A stretch of DNA of 64,000 bases, taken from NCBI GenBank assembly GCA_965208105.1, contig OZ242318.1, forward strand, positions 2,272,001 to 2,336,000. Direction: 5' to 3'. Every line of letters starts with the position of its first letter. Position 1 is the stretch's first letter. The position numbers and the translations under genes are program-made. Below, piece by piece: positions 1-10,147 of this stretch. This DNA is from Candidatus Latescibacterota bacterium. GTDB taxonomy: Bacteria; Latescibacterota; UBA2968; UBA8231. Under the pieces are notes generated by a model. The model did not search any database. It had not been told where the DNA came from and worked only from the letters and a program-made list of their open reading frames with translations.

Positions 1-1440
1 ATAGGCCTGCGCAAAGTTTTGGGGGCCCAGCGCCGGCAATTGGTCGCCCAGTTTTTATTTGAATCCGTCGTGTTCGCCCTCATCGCATTATCTGCAGCCC
101 TGGCTATCGTCCACCTCACCTTGCCTCTATGCAGCGCAATCCTGGGCTATGGCCTGACCTACGATGCGGTAGCCCACTGGAAGATAGCCGCGCTATTTGG
201 AGGCATTGTCCTTCTGGGCGGCCTGATAGGGGGAAGCTATCCTGCCCTGGTTTTGTCGTCCTTTAAGCCCGTGCAAACGCTCAAAGAGCACCTGCCCGGT
301 GGTTCCAACAAGGGGACCCAGCGCAAGGCCATCGTGGTGTTTCAGTTCGCCCTTTCCATCCTCTTGCTCATAGGAACGAGTATCGTCTTTCAACAGTCCC
401 GCTTCCTGCGCCAGATGGATCTAGGGTTGGATAAGGAACACGTCGTCGTGATCCCCGTACCCGGAAATGACAGGGACCTGATCGAGCGCTATCGTTCGAG
501 CTTGTCGGGATATAAGCAAGTCGTAAGTACCACGGTATCATCTGCGGTGCCCGGCCGGCAGACTACCGCCGATCTTTTCCGTCCTCCGCTCGGGCATGGT
601 GACGAGACCGTGTTGCTGAACGTTATTCATGCCGACTGCGACTTCGTTCATACCCTTGGTCTTGAAATTGTGGAGGGAAGGGATTTTTCAAGAGATATTA
701 CCCACGATAGAGCGAAAGCCTTCATCTTGAACGAAGCCGCCATGAAGGCGTTGGGGTGGACTTCCGTCAAGCAAAAAGAACTTGGTGAGGAAGGGAATGA
801 GGTCGTGTCCAAAGGAGAAGTAGTTGGAGCAGTCAAAAATTTTGTCTATCAACCGCTGCATCTGTCGGTCAGTCCATTGGTTATTGCAACACCGGGAAAC
901 TGGGCAAATTATTTCTCCATCAGGATCGCACCCGGCGACCCGGCCCACACCTTGACTCTGCTGAAGACCAAGTGGCAGGAGACAGCTCCGGACGAGCCAT
1001 TCGACTACTTTTTCCTGGATGAAACCTTTGACGAGATGTATCGCACCCAGGACCGCCTGGGTCAGCTCCTGAGCGTCTTTGCCGGGTTTACCGTTTTCAT
1101 CGCCGGCCTGGGCTTCCTGGGGCTGGCCTTGCAGACGGTGCATCTGCGCCTCAAGGAGATAGGCATGCGCAAAATCCTCGGAGGCACAACCGCCAGTATC
1201 ATCGGCCTGCTGTCCAGAGAGTTCCTGGGGCTCATCTTTCTGGCCAATATCATTGCCTGGCCCCTAGCATACTACGGCGCCCGCTCATGGCTCGATTACT
1301 TTGCCTACCGCATCGACATAGGGCTCGCACCCTTCGTGTTCGGCGCTTTCCTGGCCTTGGTAGTGGCCGTTGTCAGCACCAGCTACCAGGTCTGGCATGC
1401 GGCCCGCATCAACCCCACCCAAATCCTGCAGATGCAGTAA
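1..1440 (+). CDS. MacB/FtsX-like ABC permease (5'-partial)
   Basis: Frame open from base 1 (IGLRKVLGA); EIGMRKILG, FAYRI motifs; multiple TM helices. Confidence 0.9.
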   Translation: MGLRKVLGAQRRQLVAQFLFESVVFALIALSAALAIVHLTLPLCSAILGYGLTYDAVAHWKIAALFGGIVLLGGLIGGSYPALVLSSFKPVQTLKEHLPGGSNKGTQRKAIVVFQFALSILLLIGTSIVFQQSRFLRQMDLGLDKEHVVVIPVPGNDRDLIERYRSSLSGYKQVVSTTVSSAVPGRQTTADLFRPPLGHGDETVLLNVIHADCDFVHTLGLEIVEGRDFSRDITHDRAKAFILNEAAMKALGWTSVKQKELGEEGNEVVSKGEVVGAVKNFVYQPLHLSVSPLVIATPGNWANYFSIRIAPGDPAHTLTLLKTKWQETAPDEPFDYFFLDETFDEMYRTQDRLGQLLSVFAGFTVFIAGLGFLGLALQTVHLRLKEIGMRKILGGTTASIIGLLSREFLGLIFLANIIAWPLAYYGARSWLDYFAYRIDIGLAPFVFGAFLALVVAVVSTSYQVWHAARINPTQILQMQ

Positions 1441-1455
1441 GGGCGGGAACTTACC

Positions 1456-1863
1456 ATGACCCAAAAGGCCGGTACAATCCTCATCGTCGACGACGACCGC
1501 GACGTGCTCCTGGCCGCCCGCCTTCTACTCAAGCAGCACCACTATCAAGTCCACACCGAAAAAGAGCCGCGCCGCCTGCCGGCCCTGCTCCGGGAGCAGA
1601 CCTACGACGTCATCCTCCTCGACATGAACTTCACCCAAGACGCCAGCAGCGGCGGCGAAGGGTTCTACTGGCTACAGGTGATCCGTGCCCTGGACCCGGA
1701 GGCCGAGGTGGTTCTCATCACCGCCTACGGGGACGTGGAAATGGCGGTGCGCGCCATGAAGGCGGGGGCCGCCGACTTCGTCCTCAAGCCCTGGCACAAC
1801 GAAAAGCTCCTGGCTTCCCTCGCCGCCGCGGTCACCCGGCGCCGGTCCGAGCCCGCCCTCTAG
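1456..1863 (+). CDS. Receiver-domain-only response regulator (NtrC-like N-terminus, no AAA+/HTH)
   Basis: ILIVDDD, LLDMNF, ITAYG, ADFVLKPW; stop after 135 aa. Confidence 0.85.
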   Translation: MTQKAGTILIVDDDRDVLLAARLLLKQHHYQVHTEKEPRRLPALLREQTYDVILLDMNFTQDASSGGEGFYWLQVIRALDPEAEVVLITAYGDVEMAVRAMKAGAADFVLKPWHNEKLLASLAAAVTRRRSEPAL

Positions 1864-1890
1864 CGCCGCCGTCGGCCCTCCGGCAGAAAC

Positions 1891-1926
1891 GTCCGCTGGC
1901 GTACACCTGCTGTATCACCAACGGAC
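1891..1926. promoter_or_regulatory. Imperfect inverted repeat, candidate enhancer (UAS)
   Basis: GTCCGCTGGCGTACA ... TGTATCACCAACGGAC about 70-100 bp upstream of the sigma54 motif. Confidence 0.5.
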
Positions 1927-1993
1927 ATCCAAAAGCTGAAGTTCAATGGAAACTTCTACTGTAACTCCTTTAAAAACAGCCATAAGACTATTA

Positions 1994-2009
1994 TGGCCCA
2001 ATTATTGCA
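1994..2009 (+). promoter_or_regulatory. sigma54 (-24/-12) promoter
   Basis: TGGCCC-N5-TTGCA with canonical GG/GC spacing, about 40 bp before the adaptor start. Confidence 0.65.
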
Positions 2010-2049
2010 GTACCTCATCATACAGAAACATAATTCAAGGTGGCAGCGC

Positions 2050-3327
2050 ATGAGCACGGGAATGGATCGCCAGTTAAAAAAGAAGAAGTGGCCGCGGCGA
2101 AAGATCGCCGGGCTGGGATTGGCCGCCCTTTTCATGGTCCTGTCCCTCTACGGGTTTCTGCGCAACAGCGGCGTATCCAGGCTCAACGTGGAGCTCGACA
2201 AGATCACCATCTCCCGGGTCGAGCAGGGGCCCTTTCAGGAGTTCATCCCGGTGCGGGGGAGGGTGCTACCGCTGCACACCATCTATCTGGACGCACTGCA
2301 GGGCGGACAGGTCGAGGCGATCTTCGTGGAGGAGGGCAGCATGGTGGAGCGAGGAGAGGCCATCCTCGAGCTGAACAATGCGGACCTGCAACTGGAGGTC
2401 ATGTCACAGGAGGCCAAACTGGCCGACCAGATCAGCGCCCTGCGCAACGCCCAGTTGAGCGCCGAGCAGAGTCTGCTGCAGTCGCGCCAGCAACTGGCGG
2501 AGATCGACTTCAAGGTCCAGAGCGCCCAGCGGCGCTACAAGCGCTACGCAACCCTGTCGGAGAGGGATCGAATCGCCATAATCTCGCGCCAGGAGTACGA
2601 AAAGCTCAGGGATGAGTACGAGTACCACCGCATGCGCAGGAAACTCACCATGGAGACCCAGAAGCAGGACTCCCTGCTTTCGGCTCTGCAGGTCCGGCGG
2701 CTGGAGACCGCGGTGGAGCAGATGCGCAAAAACAGCGAGATGGTGCACAAAAGTCTGGGCGATCTCATTCTCCGCGCCCCGATTGCGGGCCAGTTGAGCT
2801 TGCTGAACGCGGAGATGGGCGAGACCAAGAACCCGGGAGAGCGCCTGGGTCAGATCGATGCGCTGGACGGATTCAAGGTGCGGGCGGCGATCGACGAGCA
2901 CTACATCGCCCGCATCTACAAGGGAAGGCGCGGCACCTTCGAGCCGGCCAACTCCGAGACTTCCTATGGCCTGGTCATCCGCAAGGTCTACCCGGAGGTG
3001 CGGGAGGGACGCTTCGAGATCGACCTGGTGTTCGACGGGGAACCGCCGGCGGGGATTCGCCGCGGTCAGACCTTGCACATCCGCCTGGAACTGGGCGACA
3101 TGGAAGACGCGGTGCTTTTGGCGCGGGGCGGATTCTACCAGCAGACCGGAGGCCACTGGGTCTACCTTGTGGACGAGTCAGGAGAGCGCGCGGTGAAGCA
3201 GCCCATCCGCCTGGGACGCCAGAATCCACGGGTCTTCGAGGTGCTGGAAGGACTGCAGCCGGGCAATCGAGTGATCACCTCGAGCTACGACAATTTCGGC
3301 GATATGGATCTGCTGATCCTGCGCTGA
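2050..3327 (+). CDS. Efflux periplasmic adaptor (MFP, MacA/HlyD-like)
   Basis: N-terminal TM helix, lipoyl-like halves, long coiled coil, GL-PG-RVITSSY C-terminus; likely start MSTGMDR. Confidence 0.9.
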   Translation: MSTGMDRQLKKKKWPRRKIAGLGLAALFMVLSLYGFLRNSGVSRLNVELDKITISRVEQGPFQEFIPVRGRVLPLHTIYLDALQGGQVEAIFVEEGSMVERGEAILELNNADLQLEVMSQEAKLADQISALRNAQLSAEQSLLQSRQQLAEIDFKVQSAQRRYKRYATLSERDRIAIISRQEYEKLRDEYEYHRMRRKLTMETQKQDSLLSALQVRRLETAVEQMRKNSEMVHKSLGDLILRAPIAGQLSLLNAEMGETKNPGERLGQIDALDGFKVRAAIDEHYIARIYKGRRGTFEPANSETSYGLVIRKVYPEVREGRFEIDLVFDGEPPAGIRRGQTLHIRLELGDMEDAVLLARGGFYQQTGGHWVYLVDESGERAVKQPIRLGRQNPRVFEVLEGLQPGNRVITSSYDNFGDMDLLILR

Positions 3328-3347
3328 AGGGGATAAAGGAGGAAATC

Positions 3348-4025
3348 ATGATCAAGACCAGAGAGTTGAAGAAAGTCTACGCCACGGAAGAGGTGGAGAC
3401 GACCGCCCTCAACGAAGTAGACCTGGAGATTCAGGGAGGTGAGTTCGTGGCCATCATGGGGCCATCGGGCTGCGGCAAGTCCACCCTGCTGAACCTGCTG
3501 GGCCTTCTGGACAATCCGACGGAGGGGGAATACTACCTGCTCGACCACGAGGTATCGAGATATTCCGAACGCCAGCGCGCCAACCTGCGCAAGGCCAACA
3601 TCGGCTTCGTGTTCCAGAGCTTCAACCTGATCGACGAACTCACGGTGTACGAGAACGTGGAGCTGCCCCTGCTCTATTTGGGCATGTCGTCCTCCGAGCG
3701 CAAAAAGCGGGTCACCGAGGTGCTGGACAGTATGGAGATCACCCACCGCAGAAATCACTTCCCGCAGCAGTTGTCCGGCGGCCAGCAGCAGCGCGTGGCG
3801 GTGGGGCGGGCGGTAATCGCCCAGCCCAAGCTGATTCTGGCGGACGAGCCCACGGGCAACCTGGACTCCAAGAACGGCGAGGAGGTGATGACCTTGCTCA
3901 CCGAGTTGAACGCAGCCGGCACCACGGTCGCCATGGTGACCCACTCGGCGGCCGATGCGGAATACAGCCGCCGCATCATTCACCTCTTCGATGGACGCAT
4001 AGTCAGCGAGGACCTCAAGGAGTAG
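3348..4025 (+). CDS. ABC ATP-binding protein (LolD/MacB-type)
   Basis: [31 protein letters not shown]; AAGGAGG RBS. Confidence 0.95.
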   Translation: MIKTRELKKVYATEEVETTALNEVDLEIQGGEFVAIMGPSGCGKSTLLNLLGLLDNPTEGEYYLLDHEVSRYSERQRANLRKANIGFVFQSFNLIDELTVYENVELPLLYLGMSSSERKKRVTEVLDSMEITHRRNHFPQQLSGGQQQRVAVGRAVIAQPKLILADEPTGNLDSKNGEEVMTLLTELNAAGTTVAMVTHSAADAEYSRRIIHLFDGRIVSEDLKE

Positions 4026-4141
4026 TCCCGTGTCGAGGAGAATTGGCAAGGTCCCCTGACGAAGAATTGCAAATAGGGGTTCCATAGCACACCCTGTGGC
4101 GCAATACATTTTTGCAAACCTGATCCAGAAAGGAGTAGACC

Positions 4142-4357
4142 GTGGCCAAGATCGAAAGGGAACGGGTGGAGCGCGTCGCCCGGATCTATTCGAGCAACCA
4201 GGAAGCCAGCCAGGCTCTCGGCATCGTCATGCAGAGCTTCGGACGTCTCTGCCGCGAGTACGGCATAGAATCTCCCTATGCGCGCAGGCGCCGGCTGCGC
4301 CAGCGCCCGTCAGTCCGCAGCGAATCAACCAGATCCAGTAGAAGGAGGGAATCGTGA
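4142..4357 (+). CDS. Small basic HTH protein (Fis/RWP-RK-like)
   Basis: AAGGAG RBS + GTG; EASQALGI..SFGRLCREYGI; stop overlaps next start (GTGA). Confidence 0.7.
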   Translation: MAKIERERVERVARIYSSNQEASQALGIVMQSFGRLCREYGIESPYARRRRLRQRPSVRSESTRSSRRRES

Positions 4358-5022
4358 TTCGTCTGCAAGGCATTGAGAAGTACTACTCGTCCGGCCTGGT
4401 AAAGACCTTTGTGCTGCGCAGGGTCAATCTCGAAATAAGGGAGGGGGAATTCGTCTCCATCATGGGACCTTCGGGTGCCGGCAAGTCCACCCTGCTCCAC
4501 ATCACCGGCATGTTGGAGAGCGCATCGAACGGAGAGTATTACTTTCTGGACCAGCCGGTGCACAATCTGAAGGAAAGGGAACGCACCGAGCTGCACAAGC
4601 AGTACATCGGCTTCGTATTCCAGGCCTACCACCTGGTCGACGAACTGACGGTGTACGAAAACCTGGAGATGCCCCTGCTCTACAAGAAGGCAAAGGGCTC
4701 GGAGCGCAAGAGCCTGGTCAGCCGCATGCTGGACCGCTTCCAGATGGTGGCCAAGAAAGATCTCTTTCCGCATCAACTCTCCGGCGGCGAGCAGCAGTTG
4801 GTAGGAATTGCGCGTGCCCTGATCGTCAGCCCGAAGCTGATCCTGGCGGACGAACCAACAGGCAATCTGAACTCCGGGCAGGGCGAGGAGATCATGGAAA
4901 CCCTCAAGAAGCTGAATGAAGAAGGAACCACCATTGTCCAGGTGACCCACTCGGAGAAGAACGCCGCCTATGGGCAACGGCTAATTAACATGGTAGACGG
5001 CTGGATTGAGGAAGGCGAATAG
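4354..5022 (+). CDS. Second ABC ATP-binding protein
   Basis: [27 protein letters not shown]. Confidence 0.95.
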   Translation: MIRLQGIEKYYSSGLVKTFVLRRVNLEIREGEFVSIMGPSGAGKSTLLHITGMLESASNGEYYFLDQPVHNLKERERTELHKQYIGFVFQAYHLVDELTVYENLEMPLLYKKAKGSERKSLVSRMLDRFQMVAKKDLFPHQLSGGEQQLVGIARALIVSPKLILADEPTGNLNSGQGEEIMETLKKLNEEGTTIVQVTHSEKNAAYGQRLINMVDGWIEEGE

Positions 5023-5024
5023 GG

Positions 5025-7517
5025 ATGTTCAGAAACTACCTCGTCATTGCGGTGCGGAATCTGCTGCGGCATCGCCTGCCCACGGTTATCAACCTCGCGG
5101 GACTGGGACTGGGCATGGCGTTCTGCCTGCTCGCCTGGCGCTTCGCCTCCCAGGAGTGGTCCTTCGATCGATTCCACGGTAAAGCGGATCGGATCTATCG
5201 CGTCTACCTGAAGGCCGTGGGCCCCGAGGGGTTGGTGCGTACTGCCGACGCCATTGAATTCGCATTCGCGCCCGAGCTCGAGGCGATCTCTCCTCAGGTG
5301 GAGCGCACGACACGTCTCAGCGCGGGCCGGGGGAACGACAGGACTGGTCGCGTTGCGCGCACGACCTATGGAGACATCTCAAGCGACGAAGAATTCCTCC
5401 TCGTCGATCCCGCCTTTTTCGAGATCTTCGACTTCCCCTTCGAGCGGGGGAACGCCTCCACGGCGCTGGCGGAGCGCAACTCCGTCGTCCTCAGCCACCA
5501 GATGGCCCGGCGTCTGTTTGGTGACTCCGATCCGCTTGGCCGTAGCCTGACGATCGCCTCATTGAAAAGCCACGACACCGAGGACTTCACCATCACCGGG
5601 GTTGCTGCCCCTGTTCCGCGTACTTCGTCGATTCAGTTCAATATGCTGCTGCCCTTCAACAACACGGTCTTCTTCTTCCACCGCTCCCCGAATGCGCGGG
5701 AAGGCTCGTGCAACACCTACGTCCTCCTTGCGCCAGGAACTGATCCCGCTGAGTTGGCGCCTCCCCTCGCACAGATTGGACAGATTTATCTCCAACGCTG
5801 GAAAGATGAGATTCCGGTGGAACTGCCGGAAGACTTTTCTCCGTTTCACCTGCAGCCGCTGACCCACCTGCGCTCGGATACCGGCCTGCTGCAGTGGATC
5901 GGGCACGGCGTGGTGGAGCCCAAGGACCCGTACATCTCGTACGTGCTCGGCAGTATTGCCCTGGCGATCCTGCTGATGGGGTGCATCAACTTTGTCAACA
6001 TGGCCATCGGCCGGGCGTCCCTGCGCGCACCCGAAGTCGGTGTGCGCAAGGCGGCAGGTGCCGGACGCGGACAGTTGATGTGCCAATTCATCGGCGAGAC
6101 TGGGGTGCTCTCCGTTTTCGGGTTGGGCACCGGGTGTGCGCTGGCGGCTCTGCTGCTCCCGGCGTTCAACACCACCTTCTCCCGGGAGTTATCCCTCGGT
6201 TTGAGCGAGCCGAGTACGCTGGGCGCCTTAGTGGCGTTGCTGCTACTCGTCAGCCTGGCTGCGGGCTGGTATCCGGCCCTCGTTCTCTCCCGCCTGACGC
6301 CCATGGACGCCATCCAGCGAAGTGTGTCAATGGTCGGGATAACTCGGCTCAGCCGCGCGCTCGTCGGTGTCCAGTTGGCCATTTCCGTGGGGTTGATCAC
6401 CTGCACCCTGATCATTTACCACCAGCTCGACCACGTCATGGCCCGCGACCTGGGGCTCGACCAGGAACGCATCATCGCGGTGCACACGTCCTCCCTTTAC
6501 GACTCCAAGCCCGATCATCCCCTACTTGTGGAGGCTTTCCTCCGCCATAGCCGGATCTCCTCGGTCACCCTTGTGGAGGACGACTTCCTGCAAGGGCGTC
6601 ACCGGCCCGACTACCGAGCGGTAACCGCGGACGGCCGGGGGACCATGGTCCGGCCCTACGTTGTAGACCACAACTTCGTTCAGACCATGAGCCTCAAGCT
6701 GGTTCGCGGCCGGGACTTCTCCCTCGCGCAGGGAGACAAGCAGAATCTCGCTCTGATCTCCGAGACCGCCGCGGCACACCTGGGACTCACGGACCCGGTT
6801 GATGAGATGATCAATGTGGGGTGGATGTCGGAGTCGGACCTCAAGCCGATGAGTGAGGCCGGTGGATCCGGGACACGCATCATCGGCGTCGTCGAGGATT
6901 TTACCTTCGAGTCAGGGTACGAAGAGGTTCCCCCGGGGCTGCTTCTCCTCAATCCCTACCTGGGACCAAACCACTTCGAAGCCGATCTCATGCTCGTGCG
7001 CCTGAGACCGGGGGACCTGCAGGAGGTCATCCACTACATGGGGGAAACCTGGAGCAGCATCGTCGATTACGCCGACTTCGACTTCTCCTTTCTGCAGCAG
7101 GATATTGAAGCCCACTACCGGGACGAGCTTCGCTTGCGCCGGCTCGTCACCTGGACTGCGGCCGGAGCCGTGTTAATCTCCGCCCTCGGTGCCTTTGGGC
7201 TCACTGCTCTCGCTGCCGGTCGCCGCACCAAGGAGATCGGAATCCGCAAGGCTCTGGGCGCCACCGTTCTTGGCCTCACTACAATGATGACACGCGAGTT
7301 TGCCTGTCTCGCCATGATCGGCTCGGCCGTGGCTTGGCCACTGTCCTGGTGGTGGATGCGAGACTGGCTGAACGGCTTCTCCTTCCGCATCGACCTGTCG
7401 GCGTGGCATTTTGCCGCCGGCACTGCAATCGCGCTGGTGGCGGTTCTGGTCAGCTCCGGCCATCAGGCCCACAAAGCCGCCAGAGCGAACCCAGTGGAAG
7501 CCCTGCGCTACGAATGA
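5025..7517 (+). CDS. MacB/FtsX-like ABC permease (duplicated-domain type)
   Basis: MFRNYLVIAVRNL, EVGVRKA, EIGIRKALGA, C-terminal NPVEALRYE. Confidence 0.92.
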   Translation: MFRNYLVIAVRNLLRHRLPTVINLAGLGLGMAFCLLAWRFASQEWSFDRFHGKADRIYRVYLKAVGPEGLVRTADAIEFAFAPELEAISPQVERTTRLSAGRGNDRTGRVARTTYGDISSDEEFLLVDPAFFEIFDFPFERGNASTALAERNSVVLSHQMARRLFGDSDPLGRSLTIASLKSHDTEDFTITGVAAPVPRTSSIQFNMLLPFNNTVFFFHRSPNAREGSCNTYVLLAPGTDPAELAPPLAQIGQIYLQRWKDEIPVELPEDFSPFHLQPLTHLRSDTGLLQWIGHGVVEPKDPYISYVLGSIALAILLMGCINFVNMAIGRASLRAPEVGVRKAAGAGRGQLMCQFIGETGVLSVFGLGTGCALAALLLPAFNTTFSRELSLGLSEPSTLGALVALLLLVSLAAGWYPALVLSRLTPMDAIQRSVSMVGITRLSRALVGVQLAISVGLITCTLIIYHQLDHVMARDLGLDQERIIAVHTSSLYDSKPDHPLLVEAFLRHSRISSVTLVEDDFLQGRHRPDYRAVTADGRGTMVRPYVVDHNFVQTMSLKLVRGRDFSLAQGDKQNLALISETAAAHLGLTDPVDEMINVGWMSESDLKPMSEAGGSGTRIIGVVEDFTFESGYEEVPPGLLLLNPYLGPNHFEADLMLVRLRPGDLQEVIHYMGETWSSIVDYADFDFSFLQQDIEAHYRDELRLRRLVTWTAAGAVLISALGAFGLTALAAGRRTKEIGIRKALGATVLGLTTMMTREFACLAMIGSAVAWPLSWWWMRDWLNGFSFRIDLSAWHFAAGTAIALVAVLVSSGHQAHKAARANPVEALRYE

Positions 7518-7537
7518 AAAAATGAAGGAGGAATGAG

Positions 7538-9985
7538 ATGCTGCGCAACTACCTGCTCGTCGCATTGCGCACCCTGTTGCGGCACAAAAGCTACAGTCTC
7601 ATCAACCTGTTCGGGCTGAGCATCGGGGTTGCCTGCTGCACGTTGATTTACCTGTACGTCGATCACGAGTTGCGCTTTGACTCCTTTCACGAAAAAGGCG
7701 ACCGGATCTATAGGCTTCTGCTCGAAGACCGGACAGAAAAGAACACCGGAACACTGCTCCCCGGTGCCATGACACGGGCAGTTGGCAAGGATGTCGCTGG
7801 AGTGAGCAAGGCGGCGGCATTCATTCTCTCCTCGGCGCGCGTGCGCTGGAAGGACTCGGTACTGCACGAGTCGATCGGTCTCGTCAACCCGGAATTTCTC
7901 GAAGTTTTCAGCTTTCCGCTCTTGCACGGCGATCCGGCTACAGCGATGGAGCGCCGTGAGGCGGTGGTGATCAGCAGATCCGCAGCGGCGCGACTTTTCG
8001 GCGAGCAGGGAGCAGGACTCGCCGATGTCATCGGTCGAACCATTTCCGTAAAAGGCCGAAACCACGTCGTCACCGGCATCGTCGAGGACGTGCCGAAGTT
8101 CTCGAGCCTGCGCTTCGATTATCTCGTCTCCTACGAGAATCGTTGGGGTTACTTCCTCGACACGAACAACATTGGAGAGACTTCGATCTTTGTCGAGCTC
8201 GAGCCGGGAATCGATGTCCAAGACGTCGAAATTGCAATGACCCACCTGATTCGGACACAGCTTATTTCGCTCATTCAAAGCGGATTCTCTTCGCAAGTGG
8301 CTCCCGAGGTTCTGTCAGAGGTGTTGAGGCGCTTGAGAGCCCACTTCACCGACGAGCGTCTGGGGGGATATACCATGCGTCTGCAGCCTCTTCCAGATAT
8401 TCACTTCGACCAAAGTGTCGAGAGCCACTATATCTCGCTGGGGAGCTCGACCTATGCCTATTTGCTGGCGGGGATGGGGCTGTTGGTGCTGCTGGTGGCG
8501 TGCATAAATTTCACCACCCTGTCCATTGGCGCGTCGGCGGGTCGTACATTGGAAGTGGGTATCCGCAAGGTTCTCGGGGCGCAACGGGAGCATTTGGTAC
8601 AGCAGTTTTGGGGCGAGGCACTTTTGCTGGTCCTCGGGGCGGCTGTTGTCGGCATGGGGTGGGCAAGCTTGGCATTGCCCACCTTCACCGCGCTGGTCGA
8701 GAAGCCACTTTCGATGGCGCAATTGGAAGGTTGGGGCGGTCCCGCGTTCCTGCTTGGGATGCTCCTGGCGACAGGTGTGGCCGCCGGGTGGTATCCGGCG
8801 ATGGTAATGTCCCGGCCTCCAGCGGTAGTGGTACTAAAGGGGCAAAGCGGCAAAGCGCGCCGTCGGCGTTTCACTCAGGCCATGCTGGTGGTCCAGTATG
8901 TTTTGGCCGTCGGGTTGATAGCAAGTTCGGTGATGGTACTGCGCCAGTGGGATTTCATGCGCACCGGGAATTTGGGTTTCGACTCCGAAGACGTGCTCGT
9001 CGTGCCGGTTCCGGGGGAGAAAGCGGCAAAGCGTTTCCAGGTCGCGGCCAAGGGGCTGAGCTCGGTAGTGAGCACAGCAGCCAGTGATCGCTCTTTCACC
9101 AGCGGGTGGCGATTACTCTCGCTGGAGAATCCAGCCTCGGGCGAGAAACAGCATGCCAGAGTTATCCGCGTAGATTCGGGCTACCTACCTACCTTTGGGA
9201 TGGAACTGGTCAGTGGAAGGAACTTCGAGCAGGGGCGTTCCGGGGAAATCGAGAGAACGGCCATTATCAACGAACGCCTTGCCGACATCCTGGGATGGCC
9301 CGATCCCCTCGGGCGCACCTTGCCGATCTCAAATGTCGAGAACCTGCCAAGCCCGACCGTTATCGGCGTTGTGAAAGACTTCCATTTCGACCCGCTGCAC
9401 CGGGACATTCAGCCTCTCTTCCTGACCCAAGACCCGGCCTTTCATGGATTGTACTACGTGTTCGTGCGCTTCCACCCCGGGGCCAAGGAGCGAGTATTGC
9501 GCGAACTCGAGGAGGCCTGGGCCGGTGTGGCTTCCGGAAATCCGTTCGCATGGTCTTCCCTCGATACCAACCTGGAAGCGCAGTACGGGGAGGAAGAGCG
9601 CTGGACCAGAATCCTCAGTTTTTCAGCCGCATTCGTGGTCGCAATCACCTGTCTGGGCCTGTTGGGGCAGGTGACCATGGCGGTGACGCGACGCGCCAAA
9701 GAAATCGGTATTCGCAAGGTCATGGGGGCAACGGCCGCTCAGGTTGTGACGCTGATGGCAGCAGAATCCGTGGTTCTTCTCGGCCTGGCGAGCGCCGTGA
9801 GCTGGCCGCTGAGCTACGTGGCGCTGCAAAACTGGCTCGAGCGCTTTGCCTACCGGGCCGACCTGACACTCTGGGTTTTTGTTCTGGCCACCGGAGCTGT
9901 TATGATACTGACCCTGCTCCTGGTCACTTTACAATCGGCCAGAGCGGCGCTGAGGTCACCGGTGGAAAGTCTGCGATACGAGTGA
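7538..9985 (+). CDS. MacB/FtsX-like ABC permease
   Basis: MLRNYLLVALR, EVGIRKVLGA, EIGIRKVMGA, SLRYE. Confidence 0.92.
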   Translation: MLRNYLLVALRTLLRHKSYSLINLFGLSIGVACCTLIYLYVDHELRFDSFHEKGDRIYRLLLEDRTEKNTGTLLPGAMTRAVGKDVAGVSKAAAFILSSARVRWKDSVLHESIGLVNPEFLEVFSFPLLHGDPATAMERREAVVISRSAAARLFGEQGAGLADVIGRTISVKGRNHVVTGIVEDVPKFSSLRFDYLVSYENRWGYFLDTNNIGETSIFVELEPGIDVQDVEIAMTHLIRTQLISLIQSGFSSQVAPEVLSEVLRRLRAHFTDERLGGYTMRLQPLPDIHFDQSVESHYISLGSSTYAYLLAGMGLLVLLVACINFTTLSIGASAGRTLEVGIRKVLGAQREHLVQQFWGEALLLVLGAAVVGMGWASLALPTFTALVEKPLSMAQLEGWGGPAFLLGMLLATGVAAGWYPAMVMSRPPAVVVLKGQSGKARRRRFTQAMLVVQYVLAVGLIASSVMVLRQWDFMRTGNLGFDSEDVLVVPVPGEKAAKRFQVAAKGLSSVVSTAASDRSFTSGWRLLSLENPASGEKQHARVIRVDSGYLPTFGMELVSGRNFEQGRSGEIERTAIINERLADILGWPDPLGRTLPISNVENLPSPTVIGVVKDFHFDPLHRDIQPLFLTQDPAFHGLYYVFVRFHPGAKERVLRELEEAWAGVASGNPFAWSSLDTNLEAQYGEEERWTRILSFSAAFVVAITCLGLLGQVTMAVTRRAKEIGIRKVMGATAAQVVTLMAAESVVLLGLASAVSWPLSYVALQNWLERFAYRADLTLWVFVLATGAVMILTLLLVTLQSARAALRSPVESLRYE

Positions 9986-9989
9986 ATCC

Positions 9990-10066
9990 ATCGAGCGACG
10001 GTAAATAGTTCGCATCCAGCCGCGCAATGTACAATTGGCTTCAGCAAATATTTACCCGCACTCGAT
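9990..10066. repeat. Imperfect inverted repeat between permease genes
   Basis: ATCGAGCGACGGTAAATA ... TATTTACCCGCACTCGAT. Confidence 0.4.
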
Positions 10067-10147
10067 CCGACTTGTGCCGAAAGGCACCAATATTAGCCCG
10101 AGTGAAACCACAGCTCTCGTGTTGCCTGGAAAAGAAGGAGAGAGAAA

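Noticed and set aside
4097-4116. Second sigma54 promoter TGGCGC...TTGCA
   Set aside because: GG-GC spacing is 4 bp too long
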